A DNA stretch of 60,769 nucleotides, filler included. It is 3 parts of 3 records of this genome, joined end to end, with 100 filler letters (N's around TTAATTAATTAA, not from the genome) between each part and the next. Parts side by side here need not be neighbours in the genome. Positions count along the whole stretch, not along the records: positions 37,482 to 60,769 come from SRR22947727_378; 2 more parts are not named here. One strand, written 5' to 3'. Shown in pieces: positions 60,599 through 60,769 of the stretch. A program made the position numbers and the translations under genes. The number at the start of each line of letters is the position of its first letter. Positions within the stretch are counted from its first letter, which is position 1. A model generated the notes under the pieces. It saw only the letters and a program-made list of their open reading frames with translations, did no database searches and was not told the origin of the DNA.

Positions 60599-60769
60599 TT
60601 CGAGTTCGGCGAGTACGGAGAGGTCTAGTGCAGATGCTACATGGGACATTGATCGGTCGGTGCCCGATGGTCGTCGGCCGTCGTGTGCGAAGACGAGATC
60701 GACCCCAGACGTGCTAGGAAGAATGTTCCAATGTTCCAAGTACAGTGCATAAAAAAAAGATACTCTCCC

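Noticed and set aside
37482-60769. Bacteria-to-alga HGT or endosymbiont insertion
   Set aside because: Adjacency is created by the linker; bacterial-like S13 is an ordinary nuclear-encoded plastid protein with an intron.

Overview
The window is not one locus. It is three unrelated contigs joined by 100-nt artificial spacers (N-run + TTAATTAATTAA + N-run at 14520-14619 and 37382-37481). (1) 1-14519: an AT-rich, streamlined gammaproteobacterium (SAR86-like, inferred) carrying gyrA-serC-pheA-hisC-tyrA-aroA-cmk-rpsA-ihfB-pyrF-pgi-uvrC-pgsA-tRNA-Cys-tRNA-Leu on the minus strand; its S1 protein has only five S1 domains. (2) 14620-37381: a probable marine alphaproteobacterium. A GC-richer island (14620-~32300) encodes two formylglycine-type sulfatases, an MBL hydrolase, a haloalkane dehalogenase, GSTs, a long-chain acyl-CoA synthetase and a TetR regulator. 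One 17-bp palindrome (TGGCAC-N5-RTGTCA) sits in three promoter regions, and the island ends at a diverged duplicate of the MBL gene 3' end. AT-rich core genes follow: amn with an apparent ATT start, a signal-peptide-bearing M17 aminopeptidase, a YeeE/YedE pair and a DmdA-like GcvT protein. (3) 37482-60769: a very compact green-algal nuclear contig (KAE1, POLA1, NUP54, USP36/UBP23-like, HA-domain protein, plastid S13, tepsin-like ENTH, TRM6, F-box, bZIP, Mei2-like, beta-tubulin). Highlights there are an intronic box C/D snoRNA (SNORD46/snR63-like) in the USP gene, four co-oriented genes only 2, 36 and 58 nt apart, and a Pol alpha lacking its canonical C-terminal Cys motifs. All family calls come from motif recognition by eye; no database searches were run.
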